Source: Bacillales bacterium UBA6120 (lineage in GTDB: Bacteria; Bacillota_I; Bacilli_A; RFN20; CAG-826). Taken from it: DNA of 64,000 nucleotides. Shown one piece after another: positions 17,926 to 28,700 of this stretch (its first letter is position 1; the number at the start of each line of letters is the position of its first letter). The stretch covers positions 4,172 to 68,171 of the forward strand of contig DIVY01000010.1 in NCBI GenBank assembly GCA_002422535.1. The letters are read 5' to 3'. A program made the translations under genes and the position numbers. The notes under the pieces are model-generated. The model was not told the DNA's origin, ran no database searches, and saw only the letters and a program-made list of their open reading frames with translations.

Positions 17926-20900
17926 GGACGTTCCTCGATTATTTTAATTTTATCGGCGATATAATTTTCGCCTTTTTCAGTTTCAAAGCGGCCCGAGATG
18001 ACCACTAATTGATTTTTTTCTAATACGGTGGCGACTTCGGCATAAATTTTGGGGAAGATGACGACTTCAATGTCGCCAGTATCATCGTACACGGTTAAAA
18101 AGGCCATCGGTTGCCCCGCTTTTGTTTTGATTGCTTTTTTATTACGGATGATACCACCAATCGTCGAAGTCCCCTTCCCTTGTTTGGCTTCGACGATGGA
18201 AACAAGATTATACCCCTTGAGCAATGTTTTTTTATGCTTGAAAGGTGAAGCTGATAAGACAATGCCAAGGACTGCTAGTTCTTTATCAACATTTTCAATC
18301 ATGTCATCGGGAGCGGAAACAAGTTTGGCGCTTGGGATATGGTTGTCTTGTAATAATCCACCTTCATTCGCATTTAGGGAACTATGAATCGCGGCATTTT
18401 GGAGGCCGTTGTTAATGGAAGCTCGTAAGGTTGCCCGTGATTTATTTAAACTATCAAAGGCGCCAGCGTCGATTAAGTGCTCAATTTGTTTGGCACTTAT
18501 TTTATAGGTATACAGCCGTTTAATGAAATCATAGAAATTGGCAAATGGTTGATCATCGCGCGCTTCAATGATGGCTTCTGCGAGGTCATTACTAATGCCG
18601 CGAATAGCGTTAAGCGGGAAGTAAAGTTTCTTATTAAAGACATTAAATGATTGGCTAGAACGATTAATATCAGGATTGACAATCGTCACTTTTAACTGTT
18701 GCAATTCTTCAATGTAATTCGAAAACTTGGTATCGTTAAGGGCGGAACTCGTCGCAAGAATCGAAGCGTAAAATTCATAGGGATAGTAGACTTTTAAGTA
18801 AGCCATTTGACACGCTAATATGGCATAGGCCACCGAATGGCTCTTATTGAATCCATAATCGGCGAATTTATAAATGTGGTTAAACACCGATGTCGCGTGG
18901 GCAGGATTATATCCTTTGCGAATCGCCCCTTCGACAAAACTTTCTTGGAGTTCGCTAAGTTTACCCGCATCTTTTTTTGATACGGCGCGCCGGAATAAAT
19001 CGGCTTCGGATAGCGAAAACCCGGCCATGCGCTCGGCAATTTGCATGATCTGTTCTTGATAGATGATGATGCCATAGGTCGGCATTAAGATATCGTTTAG
19101 TTGCGTGTGCAAAATGGAGACATTTTCGAGCCCATCTTTTCGGGCGGCATATGATTTGATATTATCCATGGGACCAGGACGGAAAATTGCTAAAAGGACA
19201 ACGATATCATCAAACGTCGTCGGCTTAATTTCCCTGATCGCGTGGCGCATTCCATCGCTTTCGAGTTGGAAAATGCCCATCGTCAAACCCGAGCGAATTA
19301 GATCAAAAATCTTAGGGTCATCATAGGGCAACGTCTCCAAAGTTAAGGCGACATGATGATTTTGCTTAATCAATTTTAAACAATTGTCAATGATCGTAAG
19401 ATTACGAAGGCCCAGAATATCCATCTTCAAAAAGCCTTGAGTTTCGAGATGATCCATCTCATATTGAGTAATTAAGTGACCATTTGTTTCGAGTACCGGT
19501 AATGATTCGCGGATGTCTTCATCATTTAAGACAATACCGGCAGGATGCATGCCACTTTGGCGAATCAGCCCTTCGATCTTAGTGGCTAATTTGACAATCT
19601 CTAGACATTCCTTATCGGAAAGAATCACTTGCTTGAATGCTGGAATGCGCTTGAAGGCCGTCCGTAAATCAAGTTTGCTGTCCGGTAATGATTTGGCCAT
19701 CGCTTCAATTGTCCGCGGTGAAAATTTATAAATGCGCCCAATGTCACGGAGGGCTTGCTTGGCTTGAATTGTTTGGAACGTAATGATATTTGCAACACGA
19801 TTCGCGCCATATTTATTGCGCAAATATTCGATGATCTCTTCGCGGCGAATGTCCGAAAAATCAATATCGATATCCGGCATCGTTTTCCTAGCGGGATTGA
19901 GAAACCGCTCAAACAAAAGATTAAATTTAATCGGGTCCACATCGGTGATAAAAAGGGCATAACTTACTAATGAACCGGGAGCCGAACCACGTCCTGGACC
20001 AACCGGAATACCTGTTTTTTTGGCGAATTTGACATAATCGGCGACAATGAGAAAATAATCAGAATAGCCCATTTCATTAATCATTCGTAGTTCATAATCA
20101 AGCCGTTGCAAGTATTCGATATTGGTAAAATCGATATGGCGCGCCTGTAGCCCAACAATGGCCATTTCCCGTAGTTGTAATTCAGAAGTCTGGCCAGGTT
20201 CTTTCGGATATTGAAGCAAGGAACCGCGTTTTTGCAGGAAATCAAATTTGACATTGGCGGCTATTAAACCCGTCAAGGCAATTTCTTCATCGGTGTAACT
20301 TGCTTCGATTTGCGCCGGTGTTGGCAAGAAGTAAGGACCAATTTGTTCCCGCTCTTCGATGACTTCATCGTGAGCGATGGCGTGAGTAATCGTTAAAATG
20401 ATGGCATCGCTTGGTTTATGATACTTGATGAACGGAAAAGCGACAGTTTGATAGTTATATTTTTTCGCGATTTCACGGATGAAATCGGCATAGTCCTTAT
20501 CGTGAGAAGAATATATTTCAATCCCTAAGAAGAAGGTTTCGAATAATTGGTCAAATTTCGCTAATGTTGGGGCGACTTCGTTTTGCTGCGTTTTGAATAA
20601 TTCAATCAGGTGTCCTTGCCGCGTGGAAAGGATGGCTTGAAGGCCATCACGATGGTCTTTAATAAATGAGGGAAGGACTGTGTTTGCGGAGGCTTGGCTC
20701 GATAGTTTCATCAAATTGCGATAGCCGGTTTCACTAGTGGCGATTAGGGTAATTAGTTCACCTTCCACCATTAAATCGAGACCGGCAATGCCATCGATTT
20801 GATGGCGTTTGGTTTCATGAAAAAACGCAGGGATGCCAAAAAGCACTTGATAGTCGCTTATGGCGGCTGCGCGATAATCATTTTCTTTTAAGGCGTTGAT

Positions 20901-20969
20901 AAGTGTGGCCACAGTAAAACCGCTTTGTAAAAATGAATATGATGTGTAAATGTGAAGCGGTGTGAACAT
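17922..20969 (-). CDS. dnaE: DNA polymerase III alpha subunit, short DnaE form
   Basis: 1015 aa, with an N-terminal PHP domain (MFTPLHIYTSYSFL...), a polymerase core and an OB-fold C-terminus. Confidence 0.95.
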   Translation of the reverse strand: MFTPLHIYTSYSFLQSGFTVATLINALKENDYRAAAISDYQVLFGIPAFFHETKRHQIDGIAGLDLMVEGELITLIATSETGYRNLMKLSSQASANTVLPSFIKDHRDGLQAILSTRQGHLIELFKTQQNEVAPTLAKFDQLFETFFLGIEIYSSHDKDYADFIREIAKKYNYQTVAFPFIKYHKPSDAIILTITHAIAHDEVIEEREQIGPYFLPTPAQIEASYTDEEIALTGLIAANVKFDFLQKRGSLLQYPKEPGQTSELQLREMAIVGLQARHIDFTNIEYLQRLDYELRMINEMGYSDYFLIVADYVKFAKKTGIPVGPGRGSAPGSLVSYALFITDVDPIKFNLLFERFLNPARKTMPDIDIDFSDIRREEIIEYLRNKYGANRVANIITFQTIQAKQALRDIGRIYKFSPRTIEAMAKSLPDSKLDLRTAFKRIPAFKQVILSDKECLEIVKLATKIEGLIRQSGMHPAGIVLNDEDIRESLPVLETNGHLITQYEMDHLETQGFLKMDILGLRNLTIIDNCLKLIKQNHHVALTLETLPYDDPKIFDLIRSGLTMGIFQLESDGMRHAIREIKPTTFDDIVVLLAIFRPGPMDNIKSYAARKDGLENVSILHTQLNDILMPTYGIIIYQEQIMQIAERMAGFSLSEADLFRRAVSKKDAGKLSELQESFVEGAIRKGYNPAHATSVFNHIYKFADYGFNKSHSVAYAILACQMAYLKVYYPYEFYASILATSSALNDTKFSNYIEELQQLKVTIVNPDINRSSQSFNVFNKKLYFPLNAIRGISNDLAEAIIEARDDQPFANFYDFIKRLYTYKISAKQIEHLIDAGAFDSLNKSRATLRASINNGLQNAAIHSSLNANEGGLLQDNHIPSAKLVSAPDDMIENVDKELAVLGIVLSASPFKHKKTLLKGYNLVSIVEAKQGKGTSTIGGIIRNKKAIKTKAGQPMAFLTVYDDTGDIEVVIFPKIYAEVATVLEKNQLVVISGRFETEKGENYIADKIKIIEERP

Positions 20970-21042
20970 CGTTAAAAACCTCTTGATAATATTATCATAA
21001 ATACTAGTTAATTAGTATTTAACAGTGGCTAGCGGACGACTT

Positions 21043-22038
21043 TTAAGCGAATAAAGCGTCTAAATCGGCAATGAATTTATCTAAATCATCAAGGGTGTCG
21101 ATTTTGGCTCCGCTGGCTTGGGCATGACCACCTCCGCCGTATTGAGCGGCCACTTGATTAATAGCCTTTTCTTTGGAGCGGATCGAAATGCGCCAGACAT
21201 TGTCTTTTGGGTCTTCGCTAATCGAGCACCAGACATTGATGCCTTCGATATTGGAAAACAAATTGACATTTTCCTTGCCCCGTTCGGGGGTTATTTTTAG
21301 ACTCGTCTGAATCTCGTTACTTAATACGTAATAAGCGACTCCATGAGGAGATACCGAAAAGTGATTGAGGACGTAGGCGGTGACTTTTAAGTCTTCAATC
21401 GATTTTAGATACATTTTTTGGTACACATCTTTTGATAGATTAATGCCGGTGGCCACTAAACTGGCCGCGGTGGCAAATGTATGTGGTGTCGTTGAAGAAT
21501 ACATGAAGCGGCCTGAATCGCCGGCGATTCCCGAATATAAATAGCTGGCCGCGGCTTTTGTTAAAATATGGCGACGGGGGAATTGATGGATTAAACTTGT
21601 GATGATTTCCGAGGTGGCCGCCATCGAGAATACTTCAAGATTAATGTGACCAAAGGAATCAACGACGGGATGATGGTCGATTTTGATGACTACGGGCGCT
21701 TTTTGATAGCGTTGATCGGAGATGCGGTCGCGATTTCCCGTATCCAAAACGATGGCGAGAAATGGCGTGGCAAAATAGTCATCTTCGATGATTTCCATGG
21801 GCGGGTAAAGGCGTGGTGTGAATGTTACATGGTCATCACCCACATAGCGGATTTCTTTGGCGGGAAAGTTATCTTTGAGCCAAGCGACAAGACCCATCTG
21901 GGTGCCGAGGGCATCAAAATCAGGCATCACGTGACGGAAGACGACAATACGATCAAACGTTTGGATTTGATGATATATTTGCCGGACGACCATCCGATAG
22001 GGGCGCAAGGCTTGTTTCATAGTTCTGTTATTTTTCAT
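21043..22038 (-). CDS. nrnA: DHH/DHHA1 phosphoesterase, NrnA-like bifunctional oligoribonuclease and pAp phosphatase
   Basis: 331 aa. DHH motif region (HVMPDFDALG) and C-terminal DHHA1 GGGGH motif. AAGGAG Shine-Dalgarno 7 nt upstream. Confidence 0.85.
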   Translation of the reverse strand: MKNNRTMKQALRPYRMVVRQIYHQIQTFDRIVVFRHVMPDFDALGTQMGLVAWLKDNFPAKEIRYVGDDHVTFTPRLYPPMEIIEDDYFATPFLAIVLDTGNRDRISDQRYQKAPVVIKIDHHPVVDSFGHINLEVFSMAATSEIITSLIHQFPRRHILTKAAASYLYSGIAGDSGRFMYSSTTPHTFATAASLVATGINLSKDVYQKMYLKSIEDLKVTAYVLNHFSVSPHGVAYYVLSNEIQTSLKITPERGKENVNLFSNIEGINVWCSISEDPKDNVWRISIRSKEKAINQVAAQYGGGGHAQASGAKIDTLDDLDKFIADLDALFA

Positions 22039-22137
22039 TTCAAGCTCCTTATCAAATTGTATGGTAGATTGTACTAAATAACTATTTATTTAACACAATC
22101 AGTATCCAATTTCCTAAATTATGATATCTTAAAAGTA

Positions 22138-23058
22138 GTGATAAATAAAATTAAACAGCAATTTATCGACCTCATGGCCGTCGGTGAATGCATCTCGTAT
22201 GGCTCGGCCTGCCCTTCTTTAATCATCCCCTCGCTTCACGAAAAGGGTGTTTTACCACTGACGGGCAGCGCCATGTGCCTTCTTGATTTAATCAATAAGA
22301 ACCTCAAGATAACGCCACGGTTATTAATGTCGCGTTATTGCGTTTGGATCGGAGAATTAGCCAAAAATAAAGAAGCGCTGCTGGAGCGAATTGACGAGTC
22401 GCTTATTCGTAGCGTCCACTTTTTTTTGACTAATAATACAACGTTTGGCTTAAGTCCCGTCTCTGAATTAGCGATTGATAGTTCAAGTTTAGTGCGCCTA
22501 GCTCCGTTAGCGTTTTATCTGGCAAGATATGAAGAAATGTTTAGCAAGAATCCCCCATTTATGTATCATCTAATTCACGAACTGAGCGCTCTAACAGTTG
22601 GTCACCGGCGCGCTTCGGTCGCCGTGGGCATATATTTGATTATCGCTCGCGATTTGATAATAGCCCGCGTTGCAAAAAATAAATATTTGACGCCCACACA
22701 GACTAAGCAAGTCGCCCGTCTCGCCATCAACAAAGCTTTAATTTACTATAATTCAACCTATGAATATCGGGGCGAAACGGGACATTATGCTTTATTGCAA
22801 TTCAATAAATTCCAACAAATGCATTTAGAAACGGTCACCATCAAGGAATTAGGTAAGACAAAATACGCTGTGGATACGCTTTTGTTATCCCTTTGTATTT
22901 TCTTTAGATATCCGCATTTTTCAGGGGCGTTACGGCAATTAGAGGTGATTAAACTCCCCGATGTGGGCGCACTGACCGCCAGTTTATACGCTATTGCGTA
23001 TGGCGCCGAATTAAACATCACCTATAAAAAAAGATTCGAACAAATGCTCGGGTCTTAG
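22138..23058 (+). CDS. Hypothetical protein with weak, degenerate resemblance to the ADP-ribosylglycohydrolase family
   Basis: 306 aa. N-terminal AVGECISYG and C-terminal PDVGALTASLYAIAYGAEL faintly echo the ARH motifs AxGDALG and GGDTDTxAAIAGAL, with the acidic metal ligands mostly substituted. The start codon is uncertain: GTG at 22138 or ATG at 22173. No clear Shine-Dalgarno. Confidence 0.5.
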   Translation: MINKIKQQFIDLMAVGECISYGSACPSLIIPSLHEKGVLPLTGSAMCLLDLINKNLKITPRLLMSRYCVWIGELAKNKEALLERIDESLIRSVHFFLTNNTTFGLSPVSELAIDSSSLVRLAPLAFYLARYEEMFSKNPPFMYHLIHELSALTVGHRRASVAVGIYLIIARDLIIARVAKNKYLTPTQTKQVARLAINKALIYYNSTYEYRGETGHYALLQFNKFQQMHLETVTIKELGKTKYAVDTLLLSLCIFFRYPHFSGALRQLEVIKLPDVGALTASLYAIAYGAELNITYKKRFEQMLGS

Positions 23059-23066
23059 ATTAGATA

Positions 23067-24263
23067 TTATATAGCGTTTAAAATGTGATAGGTATCACGG
23101 GCAATCATCACTTCCTCATCGGTCGGAATGATCGCGACTTTGATGGCACTTGCGGGGGTCGAAATCATGGCGCGCACTCCTCGTAATGGAAGATTGTATG
23201 CGGCGTCATAACTGATGTTTAGCGCTTCTTTAATCTCATCAAGAATCATCGCGCGATAGAAACCAGCGTTTTCGCCGACACCCGCGGAAAAGATAATTAA
23301 ATCGGCACCACCTAAACGAACGAAATATTGACCAATAAAATCGGCGATGCGCCGCACGAATAATTTGCTAGCTAAGATCGCCCTAGAATTGCCCTTATAG
23401 ACGGCTTCTTCGATTTCACGCGTATCGTTTGAAATGCCAGAAACACCAAGCATACCAGATTTTTTATTAAAAATCTCATACATTTCTTCATGTGTTTTTC
23501 CCGCGCGTAGGGCGGAAAAATGGAGAACGGAAGGATCGATATCACCAGTGCGTGTCCCCATCATAAGCCCTCCAAGCGGAGTTAGGCCCATCGAGGTGGC
23601 GACGCATTTACCATCTTTAATCGCGGTGATGGAAGCGCCAGAACCAATATGACAAGAAATAATCGAAGAATGCGCGGGGTTTCCTAGCATTTTTTGGCCT
23701 TCTTCGGATAGATATTGATGCGAAGTGCCATGAAAACCATAACGGCGAATATCATATTTTTCATAATATTCATAAGGAATCGGGAACAAGAAATCTTGTG
23801 GTTCCATCGTTTGGTGGAAAGCCGTATCAAACACAGCGACATGGCCGACTTTTGGCAGGATTTCTTTAAAAGCGCGATAACCAACAAGATTTGGTTTGTT
23901 GTGAAGTGGCGCTAAGGGGATTAGAGCTTCGATATGTTGGGCGCAGGTTTCATCAAATATGGTACTCGTAGCGTAAAATTTGCCACCTTGAACGACGCGG
24001 TGGCCAATCCCTGATATTTCATCAAAGGAAGTGATAATTTGATTATCCACTAAAGCTTTTAAGAGTAGCTCGACACCAACTGCGTGATTGGGAAGCGGAT
24101 GATTTTCCTTAAGCTTCTTACCACCAAATTCAATTTTAAAAAGGCCATCATCATGGCCAATACGATCGGCCATTCCCGAGCAAATGACTTGTTCAGACGG
24201 CATGTCGAATAATTTGAATTTTAGACTGCTGCTCCCGGCGTTAACTGATAAAATTTTGCTCAT
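23067..24263 (-). CDS. ackA: Acetate kinase
   Basis: 398 aa, MSKILSVNAGSSSLKFKLF..., the canonical AckA sequence. Confidence 0.95.
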   Translation of the reverse strand: MSKILSVNAGSSSLKFKLFDMPSEQVICSGMADRIGHDDGLFKIEFGGKKLKENHPLPNHAVGVELLLKALVDNQIITSFDEISGIGHRVVQGGKFYATSTIFDETCAQHIEALIPLAPLHNKPNLVGYRAFKEILPKVGHVAVFDTAFHQTMEPQDFLFPIPYEYYEKYDIRRYGFHGTSHQYLSEEGQKMLGNPAHSSIISCHIGSGASITAIKDGKCVATSMGLTPLGGLMMGTRTGDIDPSVLHFSALRAGKTHEEMYEIFNKKSGMLGVSGISNDTREIEEAVYKGNSRAILASKLFVRRIADFIGQYFVRLGGADLIIFSAGVGENAGFYRAMILDEIKEALNISYDAAYNLPLRGVRAMISTPASAIKVAIIPTDEEVMIARDTYHILNAI

Positions 24264-24401
24264 AACTACTCCTCAACAATATTTAAATCTTATGTTAATT
24301 GCGTAGTTTTAGCAAGTAAATATAGGTATAATTGCCAACGATTTTCATATAAAAGAAAGCTCATTTTTTGTATAATTAATGTTATCTTGGGAGGTAATAA
24401 T

Positions 24402-26279
24402 ATGGCGTATGGCATTTTATATGAGTACTTGCTAGGACAAACAATCGTCGCATTCCGCTATTTTGGAGCCCATTTCACAACCCAGGAGCGGATTGAAAAA
24501 TATCGTAATGGTAGGAAAAAAATCATCAAGGAGTCGGGCGTCATCTTCCGTCTTTACGCTCCCTTAGCCAGCGATGTCAGCGTCATCGGAGAATGGGATT
24601 CTTGGGATTATGGCGCCCATAAGATGACGCGCGTTGATGAGGCAGGCGTTTACGAAATTTTTATTCCCGGATTGTCCAATTATCAATCATACAAATATCA
24701 TTTTAAAAACGCACATGGGATTTATGTCGATAAGGCTGATCCCTTTGCCTTTTTTAGCGAATATCGTCCCAATACGTGTTCGCGTTTGTTCGATATCGAA
24801 AATTTCATGTGGCACGATGAGGAACACATGACGACGAGGTCGCGCTTTTTTGATAAGGCGATGAGCATTTATGAAATTCATTTAGGTTCCTGGAAGGGCG
24901 CCATTGATGGTCGTAATCTCAGTTATGAAGAAATCGCCGATTATTTGATCCCCTATTTACGAGACCATGGCTATACCCATGTAGAAATCATGCCGATTAC
25001 CCAATATCCATTTGACGGGTCGTGGGGCTATCAAGCGACAGGTTTTTACGCGGTGGACTCGCGTTACGGCAATCCGATGCAACTCATGGCGTTTGTTGAC
25101 CGGATGCATCAAGCGGGGTTTGCCGTCATTCTTGATTATGTCTTAGTCCACTTTGCCGCGGATGCATTTTCGCTGATTGAATTCGATGGGACGAAGATGT
25201 ATGAATATGCCGATGGCATCAACACTTTTAGTCAGTGGGGCTCGCCGCAGTTCGACCTTGGAAAAGATCCCGTCCGGAGTTTTTTGATGAGCGGCGTCAA
25301 TTACTTTTTAGAGTATTTCCATTTCGACGGGATTCGCGTCGATGCCGTCAGCAACATCTTGTATTGGGATGGCGATTCGAGCCGGGGCGAAAATACGGGC
25401 GCCATTGAGTTTATCAAACGACTCAATGGAAAAATCCACTATCGACACCCCAGCGTCATGATGATTGCCGAGGATTCGACGGCGCATCCGGGGGTAACCA
25501 AACCATTGGAATTCGGCGGTCTTGGCTTTGATTATAAATGGGACATGGGCTGGATGAACGACACGCTGAAGTATTATTCCAAAGACCCCATCTTCAAAAA
25601 ATATGAACACAGCAAAATTACATTTTCGATGGCCTATTTCTTTTCAGAAAACTTCTTATTGCCCTTATCCCATGATGAAGTTGTGCATGGCAAAGGAACG
25701 ATTATTAATAAAATGTGGGGCGATTACGATACGAAGTTTGCCTTGCTGCGCAATTTGTATACTTACCAATTCGCGCATCCTGGCAAAAAATTAAACTTCA
25801 TGGGCAATGAACTTGCAAGTTTTGATGAGTGGAATGAATTGCAATCCCTCCCTTGGAACCTCAAATCGTATCCAAAACACGATTCGGTTTCGCGGATGAT
25901 TCGCGATTTGAATTTAATCTATAATGCCGAACCAGCGATGTATATTGAGGAATATAATCCGGTTCGCTTCAATTGGTTGATGGTCGATAATGCCGATCAA
26001 AGCGTCTTCGCCTTTGAGCGCCATGTGGGCGCCAGCCATTTAATTTTTGTTTTCAATATGACGGGAAACTATTATCATAATTACGATATCGGCGTGACAC
26101 GGAGTGGCCGATATGAAGAAATATTCAATTCTGACAAAGATGTTTATGGTGGTTGGAACCAATACAATGGGGCGCCGCTGAATACATACGATCAAGTCGG
26201 GCCCGAAAACCGGCCGTACACACTAACAATAAAACTTGCGAGCTTTGGGGCGCTAATCCTCAAGTTCCAAGAAGAATAA
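24402..26279 (+). CDS. glgB: 1,4-alpha-glucan branching enzyme (GH13)
   Basis: About 625 aa from the ATG at 24402, with a GGGAGG Shine-Dalgarno. It carries the GH13 catalytic regions (GFRVDAV-type FDGIRVDAVSNI, EDSTA). An extended -10 TGTATAAT lies upstream at about 24368. Confidence 0.9.
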   Translation: MAYGILYEYLLGQTIVAFRYFGAHFTTQERIEKYRNGRKKIIKESGVIFRLYAPLASDVSVIGEWDSWDYGAHKMTRVDEAGVYEIFIPGLSNYQSYKYHFKNAHGIYVDKADPFAFFSEYRPNTCSRLFDIENFMWHDEEHMTTRSRFFDKAMSIYEIHLGSWKGAIDGRNLSYEEIADYLIPYLRDHGYTHVEIMPITQYPFDGSWGYQATGFYAVDSRYGNPMQLMAFVDRMHQAGFAVILDYVLVHFAADAFSLIEFDGTKMYEYADGINTFSQWGSPQFDLGKDPVRSFLMSGVNYFLEYFHFDGIRVDAVSNILYWDGDSSRGENTGAIEFIKRLNGKIHYRHPSVMMIAEDSTAHPGVTKPLEFGGLGFDYKWDMGWMNDTLKYYSKDPIFKKYEHSKITFSMAYFFSENFLLPLSHDEVVHGKGTIINKMWGDYDTKFALLRNLYTYQFAHPGKKLNFMGNELASFDEWNELQSLPWNLKSYPKHDSVSRMIRDLNLIYNAEPAMYIEEYNPVRFNWLMVDNADQSVFAFERHVGASHLIFVFNMTGNYYHNYDIGVTRSGRYEEIFNSDKDVYGGWNQYNGAPLNTYDQVGPENRPYTLTIKLASFGALILKFQEE

Positions 26280-26297
26280 CTACGTAAGGGAGCTTTT

Positions 26298-28700
26298 ATG
26301 TTTAACTCAGTCACCGCTTTTAAGCAGGAATATGAAACGCGGCTTATTGAAAAATTTGGCCGCGATGTTGCCAATAGTCACATTACCGAACGTTATGACA
26401 TCCTGGGCGGCATGGTTCGCGATTTTGCCGGATCCGATTGGCGTCGCACCCGCGAGAAGACGCTTGCCACAGGGCAAAAGCAATTAATTTATTTTTCGAT
26501 GGAATTTTTGATTGGTCGCTTACTCGTTAACAATGTGCAAAACCTTGGAATCTATGACATCGCGAAACAAGGACTCGCCGATTTGGGCGTTGATATCCAT
26601 GAACTTGAAGTGCTGGAAACCGATGCCGGCCTTGGTAATGGTGGCCTTGGTCGTCTTGCCGCCTGCTTTCTTGATAGCATCGCTTCCCTTGGATATCCCG
26701 GACACGGCAACTGCATTCGCTATGAATATGGTTTCTTCAAACAGAAGATTGTCGATGGGCGCCAGATTGAAGTTCCCGACCAATGGCTTGTCAATGGCAA
26801 TGTCTGGGAAGTAAGAAAACTTAAACACGCCGTGGAAGTTAAATTTTATGGTAACGCCGAAACATATTTAAAACCCGATGGTGGCTATGCGATTAGGACC
26901 GCCAATGCCGTCTGCATCAAGGCGGTGCCTTATGATATGTCAGTGGTTGGCTATCGCAATCACGTTTCCAATTATTTGCGCTTATGGTCAGCCGAACCGA
27001 GCGAAGAAAATCTCCCCACCAATCAACGATTTGAAGAATATCTTCAGACTGTGCGCGAATTGACGCATGGTTTGTATCCAGACGATACGACTGAACACGG
27101 CCGTATTTTACGATTACGGCAACAATATTTTCTGGTGTCCGCGGGACTTCAATCGGCCATGCGTGGCCATAATCGGCGTTATAAGTCGCTAAAAGAATTT
27201 TATAAATATTTCGTATTCCAACTTAACGACACCCATCCCATCTTAGCGATTCCGGAGTTTATGCGATTATTGATCGATGAGTTTGGATATTCATGGGATA
27301 ACGCTTGGTTTCAAGTGACGCGCTGTATGGCTTATACCAATCACACGACGATGACGGAAGCTCTCGAGAAGTGGCCGGTCCATTACATCCAACCATTAAT
27401 TCCCCGCTGCTACATGATTATCGAAGAAATCCATCGCCGCAGCCAAATGCATTATAACGACATTGGCGCTAGCGATGATGCTAAGCGCAATATGGCCATC
27501 ATTCGCGATGGCATGGTTCATATGACTAATTTAGCGTTATATACCTGTTTCTCCGTCAACGGCGTCGCGGCGTTGCATACCGAGATTTTAAAGAAAGACA
27601 CCTTTTTTGATTTCTTCAAGGTTTTCCCCGAAAAGTTCAATAACAAAACAAATGGAATTACGCATCGGCGCTGGTTCTTATATGCCAATCCCGAACTCGC
27701 GCAATTGGTGAGCGATAAAATTGGTCAGGATTGGATTATGAAGCCCGAACAATTAGAAAAATTCCTGCCATTTGCCACCGACAACGACGTGCAAACGAAA
27801 TTTTTAGCGATTAAGCAAGCAAGCAAGGACAAATTAGCAGCCTACATCAAAACCAAAAACAATATCGAGGTCGATCCTCATTCGATTTTTGATGTCCAAG
27901 TGAAACGCTTGCATGCTTATAAACGGCAATTAATGAATATATTTCACATCATGTATTTATTTAATCGGATGAAGGAAGATCCTTTCTTTAGGATTCGGCC
28001 CCAAACATTTATCTTTGGGGCGAAAGCCGCGCCAAGCTATTTGTACGCCAAAAAAATCATCGAACTCATTAATGCCGTCGCCGATTATGTCAATCGCGAT
28101 CCGGATATTAATCCGTATATGAAAGTCGTCTTCTTAGAAAATTACGGGGTCAGCCTAGCCGAGATTATTATTCCAGCCACCGATGTATCTGAACAAATTT
28201 CCACCGCTGGAAAAGAAGCCAGCGGCACCGGGAATATGAAATTCATGATGAACGGTGCTGTAACGCTTGGAACGCTTGATGGCGCCAATGTCGAGATAGC
28301 GGAATTTGTGGGTCGTGACAATGCCGTCATCTTTGGCCTTAAAGCTCCCGAAATTGCCGAATTAAAGCGCAAGGGAACTTATAGCCCGTGGGATGTTTAC
28401 AATAATGATTTTCGCGTTCGACGCATTATCGATTCCTTAATTGATGGGACATGGAGCGAAGGCCACCCCGACAAGTTCCGGATTATTTTCGATGAAGTGA
28501 TGTATCATAACGATGAATATTTCGTTTTAAAAGATTTCGATAGTTATATTAAAGCCCATGAAACGATTGTCGCTAAATATGAAGACCGCCATGGTTGGGC
28601 TCATAGCGCGCTTGTAAATGTTGCGAAGTCTGGCTTTTTCAGTAGTGACCGGACGATTGAACAATACAATAGCGACATTTGGAAACTCGAGAAAGTCTGA
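26298..28700 (+). CDS. glgP: Glycogen / maltodextrin phosphorylase
   Basis: 800 aa. PLP-lysine motif EASGTGNMKFMMNGA and full-length phosphorylase similarity. AAGGGAG Shine-Dalgarno. Confidence 0.93.
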   Translation: MFNSVTAFKQEYETRLIEKFGRDVANSHITERYDILGGMVRDFAGSDWRRTREKTLATGQKQLIYFSMEFLIGRLLVNNVQNLGIYDIAKQGLADLGVDIHELEVLETDAGLGNGGLGRLAACFLDSIASLGYPGHGNCIRYEYGFFKQKIVDGRQIEVPDQWLVNGNVWEVRKLKHAVEVKFYGNAETYLKPDGGYAIRTANAVCIKAVPYDMSVVGYRNHVSNYLRLWSAEPSEENLPTNQRFEEYLQTVRELTHGLYPDDTTEHGRILRLRQQYFLVSAGLQSAMRGHNRRYKSLKEFYKYFVFQLNDTHPILAIPEFMRLLIDEFGYSWDNAWFQVTRCMAYTNHTTMTEALEKWPVHYIQPLIPRCYMIIEEIHRRSQMHYNDIGASDDAKRNMAIIRDGMVHMTNLALYTCFSVNGVAALHTEILKKDTFFDFFKVFPEKFNNKTNGITHRRWFLYANPELAQLVSDKIGQDWIMKPEQLEKFLPFATDNDVQTKFLAIKQASKDKLAAYIKTKNNIEVDPHSIFDVQVKRLHAYKRQLMNIFHIMYLFNRMKEDPFFRIRPQTFIFGAKAAPSYLYAKKIIELINAVADYVNRDPDINPYMKVVFLENYGVSLAEIIIPATDVSEQISTAGKEASGTGNMKFMMNGAVTLGTLDGANVEIAEFVGRDNAVIFGLKAPEIAELKRKGTYSPWDVYNNDFRVRRIIDSLIDGTWSEGHPDKFRIIFDEVMYHNDEYFVLKDFDSYIKAHETIVAKYEDRHGWAHSALVNVAKSGFFSSDRTIEQYNSDIWKLEKV

